From: Alphaproteobacteria bacterium | Lineage (GTDB): Bacteria; Pseudomonadota; Alphaproteobacteria; SP197 | Assembly (NCBI GenBank): GCA_965200495.1 | Contig: CBDAUG010000001.1 | Span: forward strand, 2,196,885 to 2,260,884 | Length of the DNA: 64,000 nt | Direction: 5' to 3' | In this document: positions 40,294-51,427 of the stretch, piece after piece | How the letters are laid out: each line of letters begins with the position of its first letter | How positions within the stretch are numbered: position 1 is the first letter of the stretch | The notes under the pieces: generated by a model | Told to the model about the DNA's origin: nothing | Databases searched by the model: none | The model's input: only the letters and a program-made list of their open reading frames with translations | Position numbers and translations under genes: made by a program

Positions 40294-41639
40294 GACAGAT
40301 GTTCGGAACCGACGGCATAAGGGGCCGCGCCAATTGCGAGCCGATGACTGTCGAGACGGCGTCGCGGGCCGGGATGGCGGCCGGAGTCCATTTCCGCAGG
40401 GGCGATCACACGCACCGCGTCGTGATCGGAAAGGATACCCGGCTTTCCTGCTACATGATCGAGTACGCCATGGCCTCGGGGTTCGTGAGCGTCGGCGTGG
40501 ACGTCCTGCTCATCGGACCCGTTCCGACACCGGGTGTGGCCACTCTGACGCGTTCGATGCGCGCCGACCTCGGTGTGATGATCTCCGCATCCCACAACTC
40601 CTTCGAGGACAACGGCATCAAGCTCTTCGGGCCCGACGGCTACAAGCTCTCCGACAGGGTGGAAATGGCCATCGAGAAAGGCATGGCCGGAGACTTGTCG
40701 GCAGCCAGGGTCGACGCCCGTCATCTGGGCAGGGTGCGACGTCTGCAGGGCGCCCTCGGCCGCTACTCCGAGTTCTGCAAGAACATCTTTCCGAGAAATC
40801 TGCGTCTTGACGGGCTGAAGATTGTCATCGATGCCGCCAACGGTGCAGGCTACCGGGTGGTGCCCGAGGCGCTCTGGGAACTCGGCGCCGATGTCATGGC
40901 CCTGGGCGTTGACCCGGACGGCATGAACATCAACCGGAACTGCGGTTCGACGGCGCCCGAGACGATGCAGGGCATGGTGAGGCAAGCCGGCGCCGATATC
41001 GGTATCGCCATCGACGGAGACGCTGACCGCGCCGTCTTCGCTGATGAGAGCGGCGCACTCGTTGATGGTGACCAGATCGTGGCATTGCTCGGCGACTGGC
41101 TCAACCGGCGCGGAGAACTTTCCGGCGGTGGCGTCGTCGGCACCGTCATGTCGAACCTCGGACTTGAACGGTTCTTCCAGAAGCGCGGTCTTCGTTTCGA
41201 ACGCACGCCTGTGGGAGACCGCTACATCGTGGAACGCATGCGCGACAGGGGCTGCAACTTTGGTGGCGAGCCTTCCGGTCACATGGTCTTCGGCGATCAT
41301 GCGACAACCGGGGATGGCCTCATCGCCGCCCTGCAGGTCCTCGCTGTCCTTGTCGGGAGCGGGCGGCCCATGAGTGAGATCGCAAGGCAGTTCGAGGCCG
41401 TTCCGCAGGTGGCGAGCAATGTTCGTCTCAGGGGCGGAGCGTCACTGGCATGCGAGGCGGTTCAGGCGGTCCTGGCGTCGTCGCGTGACCGTCTCGCTGA
41501 TGACGGGCGTCTCGTGGTACGCGAATCGGGGACCGAACCGTTGATCCGGATCATGGTCGAACACCCCGACGACGTTCTTGCGCGACATCTCGTGAGCGAA
41601 CTCGAGAGCGCCCTTGGCCAGGCAGCCGGCGACGCCTGA
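40290..41639 (+). CDS. glmM: Phosphoglucosamine mutase GlmM
   Basis: [12 protein letters not shown]…; active-site [14 protein letters not shown]. Confidence 0.9.
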   Translation: MRQMFGTDGIRGRANCEPMTVETASRAGMAAGVHFRRGDHTHRVVIGKDTRLSCYMIEYAMASGFVSVGVDVLLIGPVPTPGVATLTRSMRADLGVMISASHNSFEDNGIKLFGPDGYKLSDRVEMAIEKGMAGDLSAARVDARHLGRVRRLQGALGRYSEFCKNIFPRNLRLDGLKIVIDAANGAGYRVVPEALWELGADVMALGVDPDGMNINRNCGSTAPETMQGMVRQAGADIGIAIDGDADRAVFADESGALVDGDQIVALLGDWLNRRGELSGGGVVGTVMSNLGLERFFQKRGLRFERTPVGDRYIVERMRDRGCNFGGEPSGHMVFGDHATTGDGLIAALQVLAVLVGSGRPMSEIARQFEAVPQVASNVRLRGGASLACEAVQAVLASSRDRLADDGRLVVRESGTEPLIRIMVEHPDDVLARHLVSELESALGQAAGDA

Positions 41640-41647
41640 TCAACGCC

Positions 41648-42388
41648 GTGCGCTGTCCCTTCTCGTGTACCGGCGAAGCGTTCAGGGTCAATCCCGCAGC
41701 AGTCATGGTGCTGGGGTGGTTGCCCGGCATCACGCTTCAGGGAACGATCTCGCCCCGACGGCCTTCCTTCTCCGGCGCAGCCGGTCGCGACGACCGGCTG
41801 CGCCGGTTCGCACCCGCCGTCGAAGGCCCGCTTTGCGGTCACGCAACCCTTGTGCCTGCATGCGTCATCATGACCGACACGACGGCAGACAAGGTGCGGT
41901 TCATCACGGCGTGCGCCGCCGGAACGACGTGCTTGTCGCCGGCTTTCCGGCAGAAACACCGGTCGCATGCGAGGTGTCCGATGACGTCGTCGCAGCCGTG
42001 GGAAGCACGCCGACGGAAACCCTGTGTGGCAGCCATCATCTCTTCGTCCATGACAGCAAGACCGAACCTGACATGCGGGACCTTTGTGCGGCGCCTGAAG
42101 GACAGGGAAGGAGGCGTGACCGTCAGCGCTCCCTGCTCACGTGATGCCGCGGACGCCCCCTCCCGGCTCCTTGCCCCTCATCATGGAATCCCGGAAGATC
42201 CTGTCACCGGTTCGGCCCGTTGCATGATCTTTTCCTGTCGGGTCGGTCGCCCGGGAACCCGGACCATCCACGCCCTTGAGGTGTCGCAGCGCGGCGGCGA
42301 GGTCCGTTGCCGATGGCGAGATGACAGGACCGATATGGCCGGCAAGGCGGTGACGTTCATCCATCGCGTTGCCTCGATACCATCATGA
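41648..42388 (+). pseudogene. PhzF-family (phenazine-biosynthesis-like isomerase) gene with apparent internal frameshifts
   Basis: PhzF motifs NPAAV, EGPLCGHATL and GIPEDPVTGSA are all in frame 41648. The middle portion reads as protein only in another frame (…DVLVAGFPAETPVACEVSDDVVAAVGSTPTE…). Its stop overlaps the cobB start. Confidence 0.5.
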
Positions 42389-43134
42389 CGGGAGACCTTG
42401 ACCGGTTGCGCACCATGCTCGACGACGCCCGGCATGTTGTCGTCTTCACGGGTGCGGGAATCTCGACGGAATCGGGCATTCCGGATTTCCGCAGCCCCGG
42501 CGGTATCTGGTCGCGCACCGGGACGATCATGTTTGATGACTTCATGACCTCCATCGAGGCGCGGCGCGAATCGTGGCGCCGCCGCAACGAGATCGAGCGT
42601 GACATGACCGGAGCAAGGCCCAATGCGGGCCACATGGCCGTGGCCCGCCTCGTGGCCACGGGCAAGGTGATGACGCTCATCACGCAGAACATCGACGGAC
42701 TGCACCAGGCGTCCGGTGTTCCCGAGGGGAAGATTGTCGAACTTCACGGCAACAGCACCTATGCCGTCTGCCTCGATTGCGGCGAGCGTCATGACATCGC
42801 GCCAATCCTCAAGGCCTTCTGCGCTGATGGCGTTGTTCCCCTGTGTCGGGCCTGTGGCGGTATCGTCAAGACAGCGACCATCTCCTTTGGTCAGCCGATG
42901 CCCGCCGAAGCGATGGAAAGGGCCCGCCGGGCGGCGCTTTCGTGCGATCTCTGCCTCGCCATCGGGTCCTCGCTCGTGGTCTGGCCAGCGGCCTCCTTCC
43001 CGCTCCTGGCCAAGCAGAACGGTGCGGCTCTCGTCATCCTCAACCGCGAGCCCACCGACCACGATCCGCACGCGGACCTTGTCCTCCACCGTGAAATCGG
43101 CCCGACCCTGTCGGCAGTGGTCGCCCCTGCCTGA
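42385..43134 (+). CDS. cobB: NAD-dependent protein deacylase, Sir2 family
   Basis: GAGISTESGIPDFRSPGG…, QNIDGLH, and a Zn ribbon C-x2-C…C-x2-C. Confidence 0.85.
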   Translation: MTGDLDRLRTMLDDARHVVVFTGAGISTESGIPDFRSPGGIWSRTGTIMFDDFMTSIEARRESWRRRNEIERDMTGARPNAGHMAVARLVATGKVMTLITQNIDGLHQASGVPEGKIVELHGNSTYAVCLDCGERHDIAPILKAFCADGVVPLCRACGGIVKTATISFGQPMPAEAMERARRAALSCDLCLAIGSSLVVWPAASFPLLAKQNGAALVILNREPTDHDPHADLVLHREIGPTLSAVVAPA

Positions 43135-43394
43135 CATGTTCTGGCGGCGCACATCGACGCAGGGGCCCGGGACACAAGCCGGTTCGCCTTGTCGCCATCT
43201 TCTCTGATGGCGGCGATGACGCGGAACCTGCCAGCGGATCGCATTGTGGGGACGGACCATGAACCCACCACAATCCGGCCAGCGCGGTCGGGCGTGGAGG
43301 GCCTTCGGGGTGATGGTTGTCGACCTCACGGGCGTGTGCGATGCCGATCGAGGGTTGACAGGGCGCCTGGCAGGTTCAATAGTTTGCGGAGCCG

Positions 43395-43585
43395 CTGAAA
43401 CCTGCGGGAGAGACCGGTCTGCGGACCGGCGCCGAAGGTGCAATCTGTCCCGAAATCTCTCAGGCAAAGGGACCGCAGGCGAATGGCTGCTCTGGAGAGA
43501 AGAAGGCGCTGATGCGTCTTCTCGCCGAAGGGGAAAGCCGGCGTTCCGGTGATGCTCTCAGGTTCGGTGACAGAGGGGGCACGGT
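43395..43585 (+). promoter_or_regulatory. Glycine riboswitch (tandem aptamers) in the gcvT leader
   Basis: Aptamer 1: GGGAGAGACC…GCGCCGAAGGTGCAA…CTCTCAGGCAAAGGGAC. Aptamer 2: CTCTGGAGAG…TCGCCGAAGGGGAAAGCCGG…CTCTCAGGTTCGGTGACAG. Followed by a GGGGGC…GCCCCC hairpin. Confidence 0.8.
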
Positions 43586-43627
43586 GTGCATCTGCGCGCG
43601 CCCCCTGCAACGACCGGGACAGATTCC

Positions 43628-44758
43628 GTGACCCTGGATGACACTCTCCTCGCAACCCCGCTTGATGGATTCCACCGCGAACTCGGAGCCCGCATGGTTC
43701 CCTTTGCCGGCTATGCCATGCCGCTGCAGTACGCGACCGGCATTCTTGCCGAGCACCGGCACACGCGCAGTCTCGCCAGCCTCTTTGATGTTTCCCACAT
43801 GGGCCAGGTCCGCCTTTCGGCCAGGCCCGGAGCGTCCATGGAGAGTGTGGCCCGGGCGCTCGAGCGCCTGGTGGCGGCCGATATCGTCGGTCTTGGCAAC
43901 GGAAGACAGCGTTACACCCAGTTCACCAACGGCACCGGCGGCATCCTCGACGATCTGATGGTGACCTCGCTCGGCGATCATCTGTGGCTGGTGGTGAACG
44001 CATCCCGCAAGCATGATGACGTCGAACGCCTGAGGGTGCTGATCGGCGAGGAGTGCGATATCGAGTTTCTGGAGACAAGGGCTCTTGTCGCCCTGCAGGG
44101 ACCGGCTGCCGTGGCGGCCTTCGCGCCGATCGTTCCGCAATCGCAGGGCCTTTCCTTCATGCAGGCGGCATTGTGGTCCCATGAGGGCGAGACGCTCATG
44201 GTCAGCCGATCAGGATACACCGGGGAGGACGGCGTCGAGGTATCGGTTTCGTCGCGTGGTGTTGAATCCCTGGTCCGGCGTCTTCTTGCCAGCGACGATG
44301 TCAGGCCGGCCGGGCTCGGCGCGCGCGACAGCCTGCGCCTGGAGGCCGGCCTGTGTCTCCACGGTCACGATATCGATGCCACGACGACTCCTGTCGAGGC
44401 CGGACTCGCCTGGTCGATTCACAAGCGGCGGCGTCGTGAGGGTGGTTTCCCCGGCGCCGACGTCATTGTCTCGCAATTGCGTGACGGCCCGCCGAGGAGC
44501 CGGGTCGGTCTGGTTCCAAGGGAACGCGCTCCGGTGAGAGAGGGAGCAGCCATCCGCTCTGCATCGTCGGGCAGGCCTCTCGGGACCGTGACGAGCGGCG
44601 CCTTCGGTCCGACGGCGCAAGGGCCGGTTGCCATGGGCTACGTGGCCAGCGAAGAGGCCGCAACAGGTACTGTGGTCGAGGTCGAAAGACGCGGTTCATG
44701 GGTGGGGGCTGAAATCCGGTCACTGCCTTTCGTGTCGCACCGCTATCACCGATCATGA
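43628..44758 (+). CDS. gcvT: Glycine cleavage system aminomethyltransferase GcvT
   Basis: …TPLDGFHRELGARMVPFAGYAMPLQY… GTG start chosen. The upstream part of the listed ORF overlaps the riboswitch. Confidence 0.85.
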   Translation: MTLDDTLLATPLDGFHRELGARMVPFAGYAMPLQYATGILAEHRHTRSLASLFDVSHMGQVRLSARPGASMESVARALERLVAADIVGLGNGRQRYTQFTNGTGGILDDLMVTSLGDHLWLVVNASRKHDDVERLRVLIGEECDIEFLETRALVALQGPAAVAAFAPIVPQSQGLSFMQAALWSHEGETLMVSRSGYTGEDGVEVSVSSRGVESLVRRLLASDDVRPAGLGARDSLRLEAGLCLHGHDIDATTTPVEAGLAWSIHKRRRREGGFPGADVIVSQLRDGPPRSRVGLVPRERAPVREGAAIRSASSGRPLGTVTSGAFGPTAQGPVAMGYVASEEAATGTVVEVERRGSWVGAEIRSLPFVSHRYHRS

Positions 44759-44786
44759 CATCGCTCACGTGAAGGGAGAGAACACG

Positions 44787-45164
44787 ATGGGGAGCAGACG
44801 CTACAGCAAGGAACATGAGTGGATCGATGTCGACAAGGATATCGGGACCGTCGGCATCTCCGACTATGCTCAGGAACAGCTCGGCGATGTTGTCTTCGTG
44901 GAGTTGCCGCAAGCAGGGCGCGACGTGGCGCGCAACGACGAACTGTGCGTCGTCGAATCGGTCAAGGCGGCCAGCGAGGTCTATGCTCCCGTCTCCGGCC
45001 AAGTCGTTGCGGTCAACGATGCGCTCGGCAATGACCCGGCCGGAGTCAATGCCGATCCCTATGGTGCGGGCTGGTTTGTGCGGATCCGGCTTGCAGATGT
45101 CGGGGAGCTCGACGCACTGATGGATGAGGACGCCTACAGAGACTATCTCCTGGAGATGGCCTGA
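44787..45164 (+). CDS. gcvH: Glycine cleavage system H protein (lipoyl carrier)
   Basis: [16 protein letters not shown]…; lipoyl-lysine in [10 protein letters not shown]. Confidence 0.9.
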   Translation: MGSRRYSKEHEWIDVDKDIGTVGISDYAQEQLGDVVFVELPQAGRDVARNDELCVVESVKAASEVYAPVSGQVVAVNDALGNDPAGVNADPYGAGWFVRIRLADVGELDALMDEDAYRDYLLEMA

Positions 45165-46507
45165 TGCGCTATCTGCCCCTCACCGATGCCGACCGCGCCG
45201 CCATGCTTGATGTTGTCGGTGTGGGCAGCATCGAGGACCTCTATGCCGATGTCCCCCAGAAAGCGTGGTCCGAGGAACTTCTCGACCTGCCGCTCCATCA
45301 GGGCGAAATCGAGGTCGAGAGGACTCTCTCGGCCATGGCGCAGAAGAATCTGCACGCCGGCAATGCACCGTTCTTTCTTGGCTGCGGGGCGTATCGCCAC
45401 CATGTGCCGGCAGCCGTGGACGCTCTCATCCAGCGAGGCGAGTTTCTCACGTCCTACACGCCCTATCAGCCGGAGATCTCCCAGGGCACCCTGCAGATGC
45501 TCTTCGAGTTCCAGACCATGGTGGCCAGGCTGACGGGCATGGAAGTCGCCAACGCCTCGATGTATGACGGCGCCTCGGCGGCGGCGGAAGCCGTTCTCAT
45601 GGCAAGCCGCGTGACAAGGCGGTCGAGAGCCGTCCTGTCGGGCGGGCTTCATCCGCACTACCGCGATACCGTTGCCACCTACGTGCGCCATGCCGACCTT
45701 GAGGTCGTGACGTTGCCGATGGCCGTCCGGGAGGCCGGCCTTGAGGCGCAGATCGATGATTCGACGGCGTGTGTCGTCGTGCAGACCCCCGATTTCTTCG
45801 GCCGCCTGCATGACTTCTCGGCATTGGCGCAAGTCTGCCAGGAGGCGGGAGCTCTCCTGGTTGTTGCGGTGAGCGAAGTGGTGTCGCTCGGCCTTCTCAC
45901 CCCACCGGGCGACATGGGGGCCGATATCGTTGTCTGCGAGGGGCAGTCCCTGGGCAATTCCCTGGGATTTGGCGGACCCTATGTCGGTCTCTTTGCGACC
46001 AGGCAACGCCATGTGCGCCAGATGCCGGGACGGCTGGCCGGTGAAACCGTGGATGCCGATGGACGCAGGGGCTGGGTCCTGACCCTGTCGACGCGCGAGC
46101 AGCACATCCGTCGCGAGAAGGCGACAAGCAACATCTGTACCAACGCGGGCCTGTGTGCCCTCGCCTTCACCATCCATCTTGCATTGCTCGGGGAAACAGG
46201 CCTTGCGCGGTTGGCGATGCTCAATCACGAAGCGGCGCAGCGGACGATGGAGCGCCTCCTGGCGATCGAGGGAGTCTCCACGCCGAACGATGGGTTTTTC
46301 AACGAATTGACACTGCAACTTCCGCGGCCTGCCGGGGACGTCGTCGATGAGCTCGCCGACCGGGGCATTCTGGGGGGGGTGCCGGTGTCGCGTTTCGAGC
46401 CCGTGAACGGCGCTGTCGCGAACCTCATGCTGGTCGCCGCAACGGAAATGACGACGGCCGCAGAGATCGATGCACTTGCCGGTGCGATGCAGGAGATCCT
46501 GTCATGA
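45164..46507 (+). CDS. gcvPA: Glycine dehydrogenase (decarboxylating) subunit 1
   Basis: [20 protein letters not shown]…[15 protein letters not shown]…. Confidence 0.9.
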   Translation: MRYLPLTDADRAAMLDVVGVGSIEDLYADVPQKAWSEELLDLPLHQGEIEVERTLSAMAQKNLHAGNAPFFLGCGAYRHHVPAAVDALIQRGEFLTSYTPYQPEISQGTLQMLFEFQTMVARLTGMEVANASMYDGASAAAEAVLMASRVTRRSRAVLSGGLHPHYRDTVATYVRHADLEVVTLPMAVREAGLEAQIDDSTACVVVQTPDFFGRLHDFSALAQVCQEAGALLVVAVSEVVSLGLLTPPGDMGADIVVCEGQSLGNSLGFGGPYVGLFATRQRHVRQMPGRLAGETVDADGRRGWVLTLSTREQHIRREKATSNICTNAGLCALAFTIHLALLGETGLARLAMLNHEAAQRTMERLLAIEGVSTPNDGFFNELTLQLPRPAGDVVDELADRGILGGVPVSRFEPVNGAVANLMLVAATEMTTAAEIDALAGAMQEILS

Positions 46508-47991
46508 CAGACGTGACATCGGGTGGCCATCGCGGCCTGGTCATGGACGAGCCGCTGCTGTTCGAACTCGACAGTGGCGCACGCAGCGGAGTCGATCTTC
46601 CCCAACCGGAGGGCAGGGCGCTGAAGCTGGGCGGCGTCGGGCAGCGCGGTTCCATCGGCCTGCCAGGTGTTGCGGAGCCCGAGGTGATCCGTCACTTCAC
46701 GCGGTTGTCGCAGAAGAACTACGCGATCGATTCGGGTCTCTACCCCCTGGGATCGTGCACCATGAAGCACAATCCCCGGATCAACGAGAAGGTCGCCCGA
46801 TTGCCGGGGATTGCCATGGCGCACCCCTTGCAGCCACCGGCGACGGTACAGGGTTGCCTGGAACTTGTCGCCACTCTGGCGCACTGGCTCACCACTCTCA
46901 CCGGCATGCAGGGCGTGGCCATGTCGCCGGCGGCGGGTGCGCACGGCGAGTTCGCCGGTCTCATGTGCATCCGCGCCGCCCTCACGGCAAGGGGTGACGC
47001 GCGCCGCAGGATCCTCGTTCCCGAATCGGCCCATGGCACCAACCCGGCGACGGCGGCGCTCTGCGACTACAGTGTTGATACCGTGCCGTGCGATGCGAGA
47101 GGGCGTGTCGACCTGGACGCCTTCGAGCAGGCGCTCGACGACGATGTCGCCGCTCTCATGCTGACGAATCCCAATACCTGCGGGCTCTTCGAGAACGACA
47201 TCATGACGATCGCCGCCATGCTGCACGCCGCGGGAGCCTTTCTCTATGCCGATGGCGCCAACTTCAACGCCATCGTCGGCCGCGTGAGACCCGGAGATCT
47301 CGGTGTCGATGCCATGCACATCAATCTTCACAAGACCTTCTCGACTCCCCACGGCGGCGGTGGCCCGGGAAGCGGGCCGGTGGTTCTGTGCAAGGAGCTG
47401 CTGCCCTTTGCGCCCGTGCCGCGTATCGAGGCCGATGATGATGCGTGGCGGTTGATCGAACACGACGGCACCGGACGGGCGTTTGGTCGTCTGCGCAGTT
47501 TTCACGGGCAGATGGGCATGTTCGTGCGGGCTCTTGCCTACATGATGAGTCATGGCGCCGACGGCTTGCGCCAGGTCGCCGAGGACGCCGTGCTCAATGC
47601 CAACTACGTGCTGGCCCGTCTTTCCGGCGCCTACAACGCGCCGTTTCCCGGACCCTGCATGCACGAATGCCTGTTCGATGACCGAAACTTCAAGGACACG
47701 GGAATCGCGACGCTCGATATCGCAAAGGCGATGATCGATGAGGGATACCATCCCATGACCATGTACTTTCCGCTCATCGTTCATGGTGCCATGCTCATCG
47801 AGCCAACGGAAACCGAAAGCCGCCAGAGCATTGACCGGTTCTGCGATGTCATGATGCATCTGGCCAACGAGGCGAGGAAAGGGAACCGGGAACTCTTCCA
47901 CGGTGCGCCGCGCCTTGCTCCCTGGAAGCGACTCGATGAGACAGCCGCTGCCCGTCGTCCCGTTCTGACATGGGAACCGGACAGCACGTGA
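46504..47991 (+). CDS. gcvPB: Glycine dehydrogenase (decarboxylating) subunit 2
   Basis: …[12 protein letters not shown]…; PLP-lysine [18 protein letters not shown]. Confidence 0.9.
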   Translation: MTDVTSGGHRGLVMDEPLLFELDSGARSGVDLPQPEGRALKLGGVGQRGSIGLPGVAEPEVIRHFTRLSQKNYAIDSGLYPLGSCTMKHNPRINEKVARLPGIAMAHPLQPPATVQGCLELVATLAHWLTTLTGMQGVAMSPAAGAHGEFAGLMCIRAALTARGDARRRILVPESAHGTNPATAALCDYSVDTVPCDARGRVDLDAFEQALDDDVAALMLTNPNTCGLFENDIMTIAAMLHAAGAFLYADGANFNAIVGRVRPGDLGVDAMHINLHKTFSTPHGGGGPGSGPVVLCKELLPFAPVPRIEADDDAWRLIEHDGTGRAFGRLRSFHGQMGMFVRALAYMMSHGADGLRQVAEDAVLNANYVLARLSGAYNAPFPGPCMHECLFDDRNFKDTGIATLDIAKAMIDEGYHPMTMYFPLIVHGAMLIEPTETESRQSIDRFCDVMMHLANEARKGNRELFHGAPRLAPWKRLDETAAARRPVLTWEPDST

Positions 47992-48911
47992 CCTGACACG
48001 CTGCGCGATGGGCGCTGTCTCGGTGAGTGTCCCGTTCGATGCGCTGATCCTTTCAACGCCCGTGCCGTGCTGGTGCGCAATCGATTTCCGGGGCGGGCGG
48101 TTGCTGGCCTCACGGGTTCCTGACGCGCCCGGCAGGGCGCGAACCGGCGGCCTGCCCATGACATCTGGCGTGACCTTGCACGCGGTCACGTTCCCGATGG
48201 ACGCCGACGCCCGGCGCTCTCGCGTCCGGCCACGTGACCGTGTTCAACGGAAAGCGGGCCACGCATGCTTCGCCGATCACGCACGGCACGTCTCCCCGGC
48301 ACACCGGAATGGTCGAACGCCAGGCCGCATGGGAACAACCACAGGAAACATCGTCTCGGGATGCTCACAAGGAACCGCAGCGGCGGTCCGCTGAACACCC
48401 GCCGCACCGGCAGGCGACACCGCTCGCCTTCCCGTTCCCTGCAACGCTCAAGGGTTCGCCGGAGCGCGAACAGCAGTGCCCAACAGAACCGCGCCCCTCT
48501 GCGGCGATCGGCCCATGGCCGATGAGCTGCGCTGGCGGCCGTGACAGCACGCCGTCACGTGGACGGCGGATGGCCACAACAAAGAACACCATGGGGAAAA
48601 ACTCCTCGGCGACTGCCATCAAACACCAAGCTCGAAAACCGCGCCTTGCAGCCAGAATCCCGCGCTTCCATAAAACCGCCGACAGTGCGCGAGGTGCTGA
48701 CAGACGGGTCGGCAATCTCCCGCAGCCGACACGAAGGCGGCGCCCGCAGAGTGAGCGATACTTCCCCGATGAGCGCTCCGGCAAGGGAGTCAAAACAAGT
48801 TAACGCGTATGGGGACACATCCCGCCCCGCCAGAGTGTGTCGGGTGGTTGCCTTCGGTCACGACCGTGACGCTGCGTTCGGCATTCACCTGCAACGCCGG
48901 CTTGCGCCGGT

Positions 48912-49403
48912 TCAGGCGAGGCGCTGATCGAGTTCGTCGATGGCCTCGTCGACGAGACGTGCCTGTTCGCCGTCGTCAAGCCGGGCGTGGATGAGTTGCG
49001 CGGTGGCGCCAAGGGCGAGGTCGACTGCGGCTGCGCGGACCTGGTTGACGGCGTCGGCTTCGGCCTGGCGGATCCTCTCCTGTGCCGCCTGGCGCCGCTG
49101 GGCCAGTCTGGTCTGGAGTTCGCGGGAAGCGTTGCGCTTCAGGGTTTCCGCTTCCTCATGCGCCCGCGCCATGATTGCGGCAATCTCGGCTTCCGCCTCA
49201 CGATGCTTGCGCCGGTAGGAAGACAGCAGTTCCTTTGCTTCCTCGTTCAGCGCGTTCGCTTCATCAAGTCTTCGTGCGATCTCGCTGCTGCGCCTGTCGA
49301 GCGCGGACAGAACCATGGAGGAAAGCGGTTTGCCGACAATGGCAATGGCGATCACGAAGGCTACGGCCACCCAGAACGAAGGATCCTCGAGCAGGTGCTC
49401 CAT
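48912..49403 (-). CDS. atpF: ATP synthase F0 subunit b
   Basis: N-terminal TM followed by a long charged coiled coil. Confidence 0.85.
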   Translation of the reverse strand: MEHLLEDPSFWVAVAFVIAIAIVGKPLSSMVLSALDRRSSEIARRLDEANALNEEAKELLSSYRRKHREAEAEIAAIMARAHEEAETLKRNASRELQTRLAQRRQAAQERIRQAEADAVNQVRAAAVDLALGATAQLIHARLDDGEQARLVDEAIDELDQRLA

Positions 49404-49406
49404 GGG

Positions 49407-49892
49407 TCAGTTTCCCCGCGCCGCCGCCAGCGCCTTGAGTGCATCCTCGTCGCTGACCTCCGCCCCGGTCAGCCGCCGGGTTGCCAGGCGCGCCGCTTCC
49501 ACAGCCACGTTCTCAAGGTTGGCAAGCGCTGCTGTCCGGGCCTTGTCGATGGCCCGTTGTGCATCCTCAAGTTCGCGGCCGGTCTCGTCATCGAGCGCCT
49601 GAAGTTGCCGCTCTCCCTCCGCGGCCGCCTGCTCGACAGCCTCGCCGATGATGGATCGTGCCCTGTTGCGGGCCTCATCGAGAGAACTTTCGTACTCGAG
49701 ACGCGCCCGGTCGGCGTCGGCCCTCGCCTTCTCGGCGCCGTCGAGATCCTGTTCGATCCTGTGCGTGCGATCGGTCAGGACGCGGCCAATGCGTGGCAAC
49801 GCGACGTACGCCATGATGGCATAAAGAAACACGAAGCAGACCGCGAGCCAGAATAACTGCGGCAGAAAGTGCCAGAATTCCAGTTGTGGCAT
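49407..49892 (-). CDS. atpG: ATP synthase F0 subunit b'
   Basis: MPQLEFWHFLPQLFWLAVCFVFLYAIMAYVALP… followed by a coiled coil. Alphaproteobacterial b/b' pair. Confidence 0.85.
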   Translation of the reverse strand: MPQLEFWHFLPQLFWLAVCFVFLYAIMAYVALPRIGRVLTDRTHRIEQDLDGAEKARADADRARLEYESSLDEARNRARSIIGEAVEQAAAEGERQLQALDDETGRELEDAQRAIDKARTAALANLENVAVEAARLATRRLTGAEVSDEDALKALAAARGN

Positions 49893-49929
49893 GGATCGTT
49901 GTCCTCAGGGCCGCAGACGCCTCGGGTGA

Positions 49930-50160
49930 TCAGAAGACGAAGAGGAGAAGAAGGGCGATGAGCAGCGCGTAGAGCGCCACCGCCTCGACGAGGGCGAAGC
50001 CGATCCACATGAAGCCCTGGACACTGCCGGTCGCCGCCGGATTGCGTCCAACTGCGGTGATCATCGAGGCGAAGATATGGCCGATACCGGCGCCAACGCC
50101 GCCCAGTCCGATGACCGCAAGGCCAGCGCCAATGAGCTTTGCAGCTTCTGCATCCATCAT
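49930..50160 (-). CDS. atpE: ATP synthase F0 subunit c
   Basis: 76 aa, two TM helices; reads …GAGIGHIFASMITAVGRNPAA…. Confidence 0.9.
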   Translation of the reverse strand: MMDAEAAKLIGAGLAVIGLGGVGAGIGHIFASMITAVGRNPAATGSVQGFMWIGFALVEAVALYALLIALLLLFVF

Positions 50161-50211
50161 GAAAGGTCCTTTCCAGTTCGAGGGGGATGTGCCTGGACGG
50201 GAGGCAACCCG

Positions 50212-50961
50212 TCAGTGCATGTGAATCGCGTCATGCAGGTAGATACAGGTCAACACGGCAAACACATAGGCCTGCAGGAACGCAATGGCGAATTCGAGAA
50301 GGGTCAGTCCGATCACTGCCGCCATGGGGATCGCGCCGGGGAGGATCCACAAGGCCCCCAGCGGGGCAATGAAGCCGGCGAACACCTTCAGCATGGTGTG
50401 ACCCGCTGTCAGGTTGGCAAAGAGGCGCAGGCCCAGACTGACCGGGCGAATCAGGTAGGACAGGATCTCGATGGGGATCACGAGGGGAGCGAGAAAGCCC
50501 GGGACACCGTGGGGAAGGAAGAACTTGAAGAAACCCAGTCCATGTTTCACGAAGCCGACGATGGTGACCCCGATGAAGACGACAAGGGCGAGTCCGAACG
50601 TGACAACGACCTGGCTCGTCACGGTAAAGCTGTACGGCAGCATGCCCAGCATGTTGCAGAAGAGGATGAACATGAAGAGGGTGAAGACAAAGGGAAAGAA
50701 CGGACGACCCTGATCCCCGACGTTGTCCTGCAGCATGTTGGCAATGAACTCGTAGGAGACCTCCACCAGGGACTGCATGCGCCCCGGGACCATGCTGCGT
50801 CGTGCGATGAACACGGTGGTGAAGATGATGACGAGCGCGGTTGCCGCCATCATCCAGATTGCCGAGTTGGTGATTGCAAGGTCGAGGTCGCCGATGCCGA
50901 ACTCGACGGCGGACGACACTGCAAACTGATCAAGCGGATTGTGACCGGAGTCAGTTGCCAC
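50212..50961 (-). CDS. atpB: ATP synthase F0 subunit a
   Basis: …LGLRLFANLTAGH…; conserved Arg of the a-subunit. Confidence 0.9.
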   Translation of the reverse strand: MATDSGHNPLDQFAVSSAVEFGIGDLDLAITNSAIWMMAATALVIIFTTVFIARRSMVPGRMQSLVEVSYEFIANMLQDNVGDQGRPFFPFVFTLFMFILFCNMLGMLPYSFTVTSQVVVTFGLALVVFIGVTIVGFVKHGLGFFKFFLPHGVPGFLAPLVIPIEILSYLIRPVSLGLRLFANLTAGHTMLKVFAGFIAPLGALWILPGAIPMAAVIGLTLLEFAIAFLQAYVFAVLTCIYLHDAIHMH

Positions 50962-51280
50962 GCCTTTGATCCTCTTCGTCGTTCACCGGACCGCGCCGCG
51001 ACCCGCGAGTCATCATTCCTGCGGCCCTCACCACATTGATGACACCGGCCGCCATGCCCATGATCAGAAAGATCACCAGGAACAACGGCGCGGTATCCAG
51101 TTCCCCGTCAATCCAGAGTCCCAGAAAGACGGAAACGGCAAGGGCAGCAACCATTTCGACCGCCATGCGGACGGCCATGCCATAACCGGACGCCTGTGCT
51201 CTCCCCGTGGTCCTGCCACCCTTGCCCTTGCTTCGGGCTGCAGCGATTCGTGTCTCAAGATCGGATGGATCATCCGCCAT
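50951..51280 (-). CDS. atpI: ATP synthase protein I (AtpI)
   Basis: Small 2-TM protein heading the F0 operon (…GMAVRMAVEMVAALAVSVFLGLWIDGEL…). Confidence 0.7.
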   Translation of the reverse strand: MADDPSDLETRIAAARSKGKGGRTTGRAQASGYGMAVRMAVEMVAALAVSVFLGLWIDGELDTAPLFLVIFLIMGMAAGVINVVRAAGMMTRGSRRGPVNDEEDQRRGN

Positions 51281-51347
51281 GTCGTCTCGCCAGCCTGGCA
51301 GTCAAGGCCACCGGAAAAAGCGGGCGCACATTAGATAAGGCGTGGCA

Positions 51348-51381
51348 GGCGTGTCAATCGGCTTTGCCCGATTGACACGCC
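51348..51381. promoter_or_regulatory. Perfect 14-bp inverted repeat GGCGTGTCAATCGG-ctttgc-CCGATTGACACGCC in the atpI/mttB divergent intergenic region
   Basis: Lies between the divergently transcribed atpI (minus) and mttB-like gene (plus), so it is not a terminator position. Candidate operator or transcript-stability element. Confidence 0.4.
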
Positions 51382-51427
51382 CCGTGCCTTGATTTCACAT
51401 GCGACCGCGCTCAACGGGGGATGGGAC

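Noticed and set aside
46225-48189. 654-aa minus-strand ORF
   Set aside because: Antisense to gcvPA/gcvPB.
48234-48803. 189-aa ORF in the gcvPB–atpF spacer
   Set aside because: R/P/S/T-rich with low complexity, poly-A runs and no recognisable motif. Treated as non-coding, though the spacer itself is flagged as a finding.
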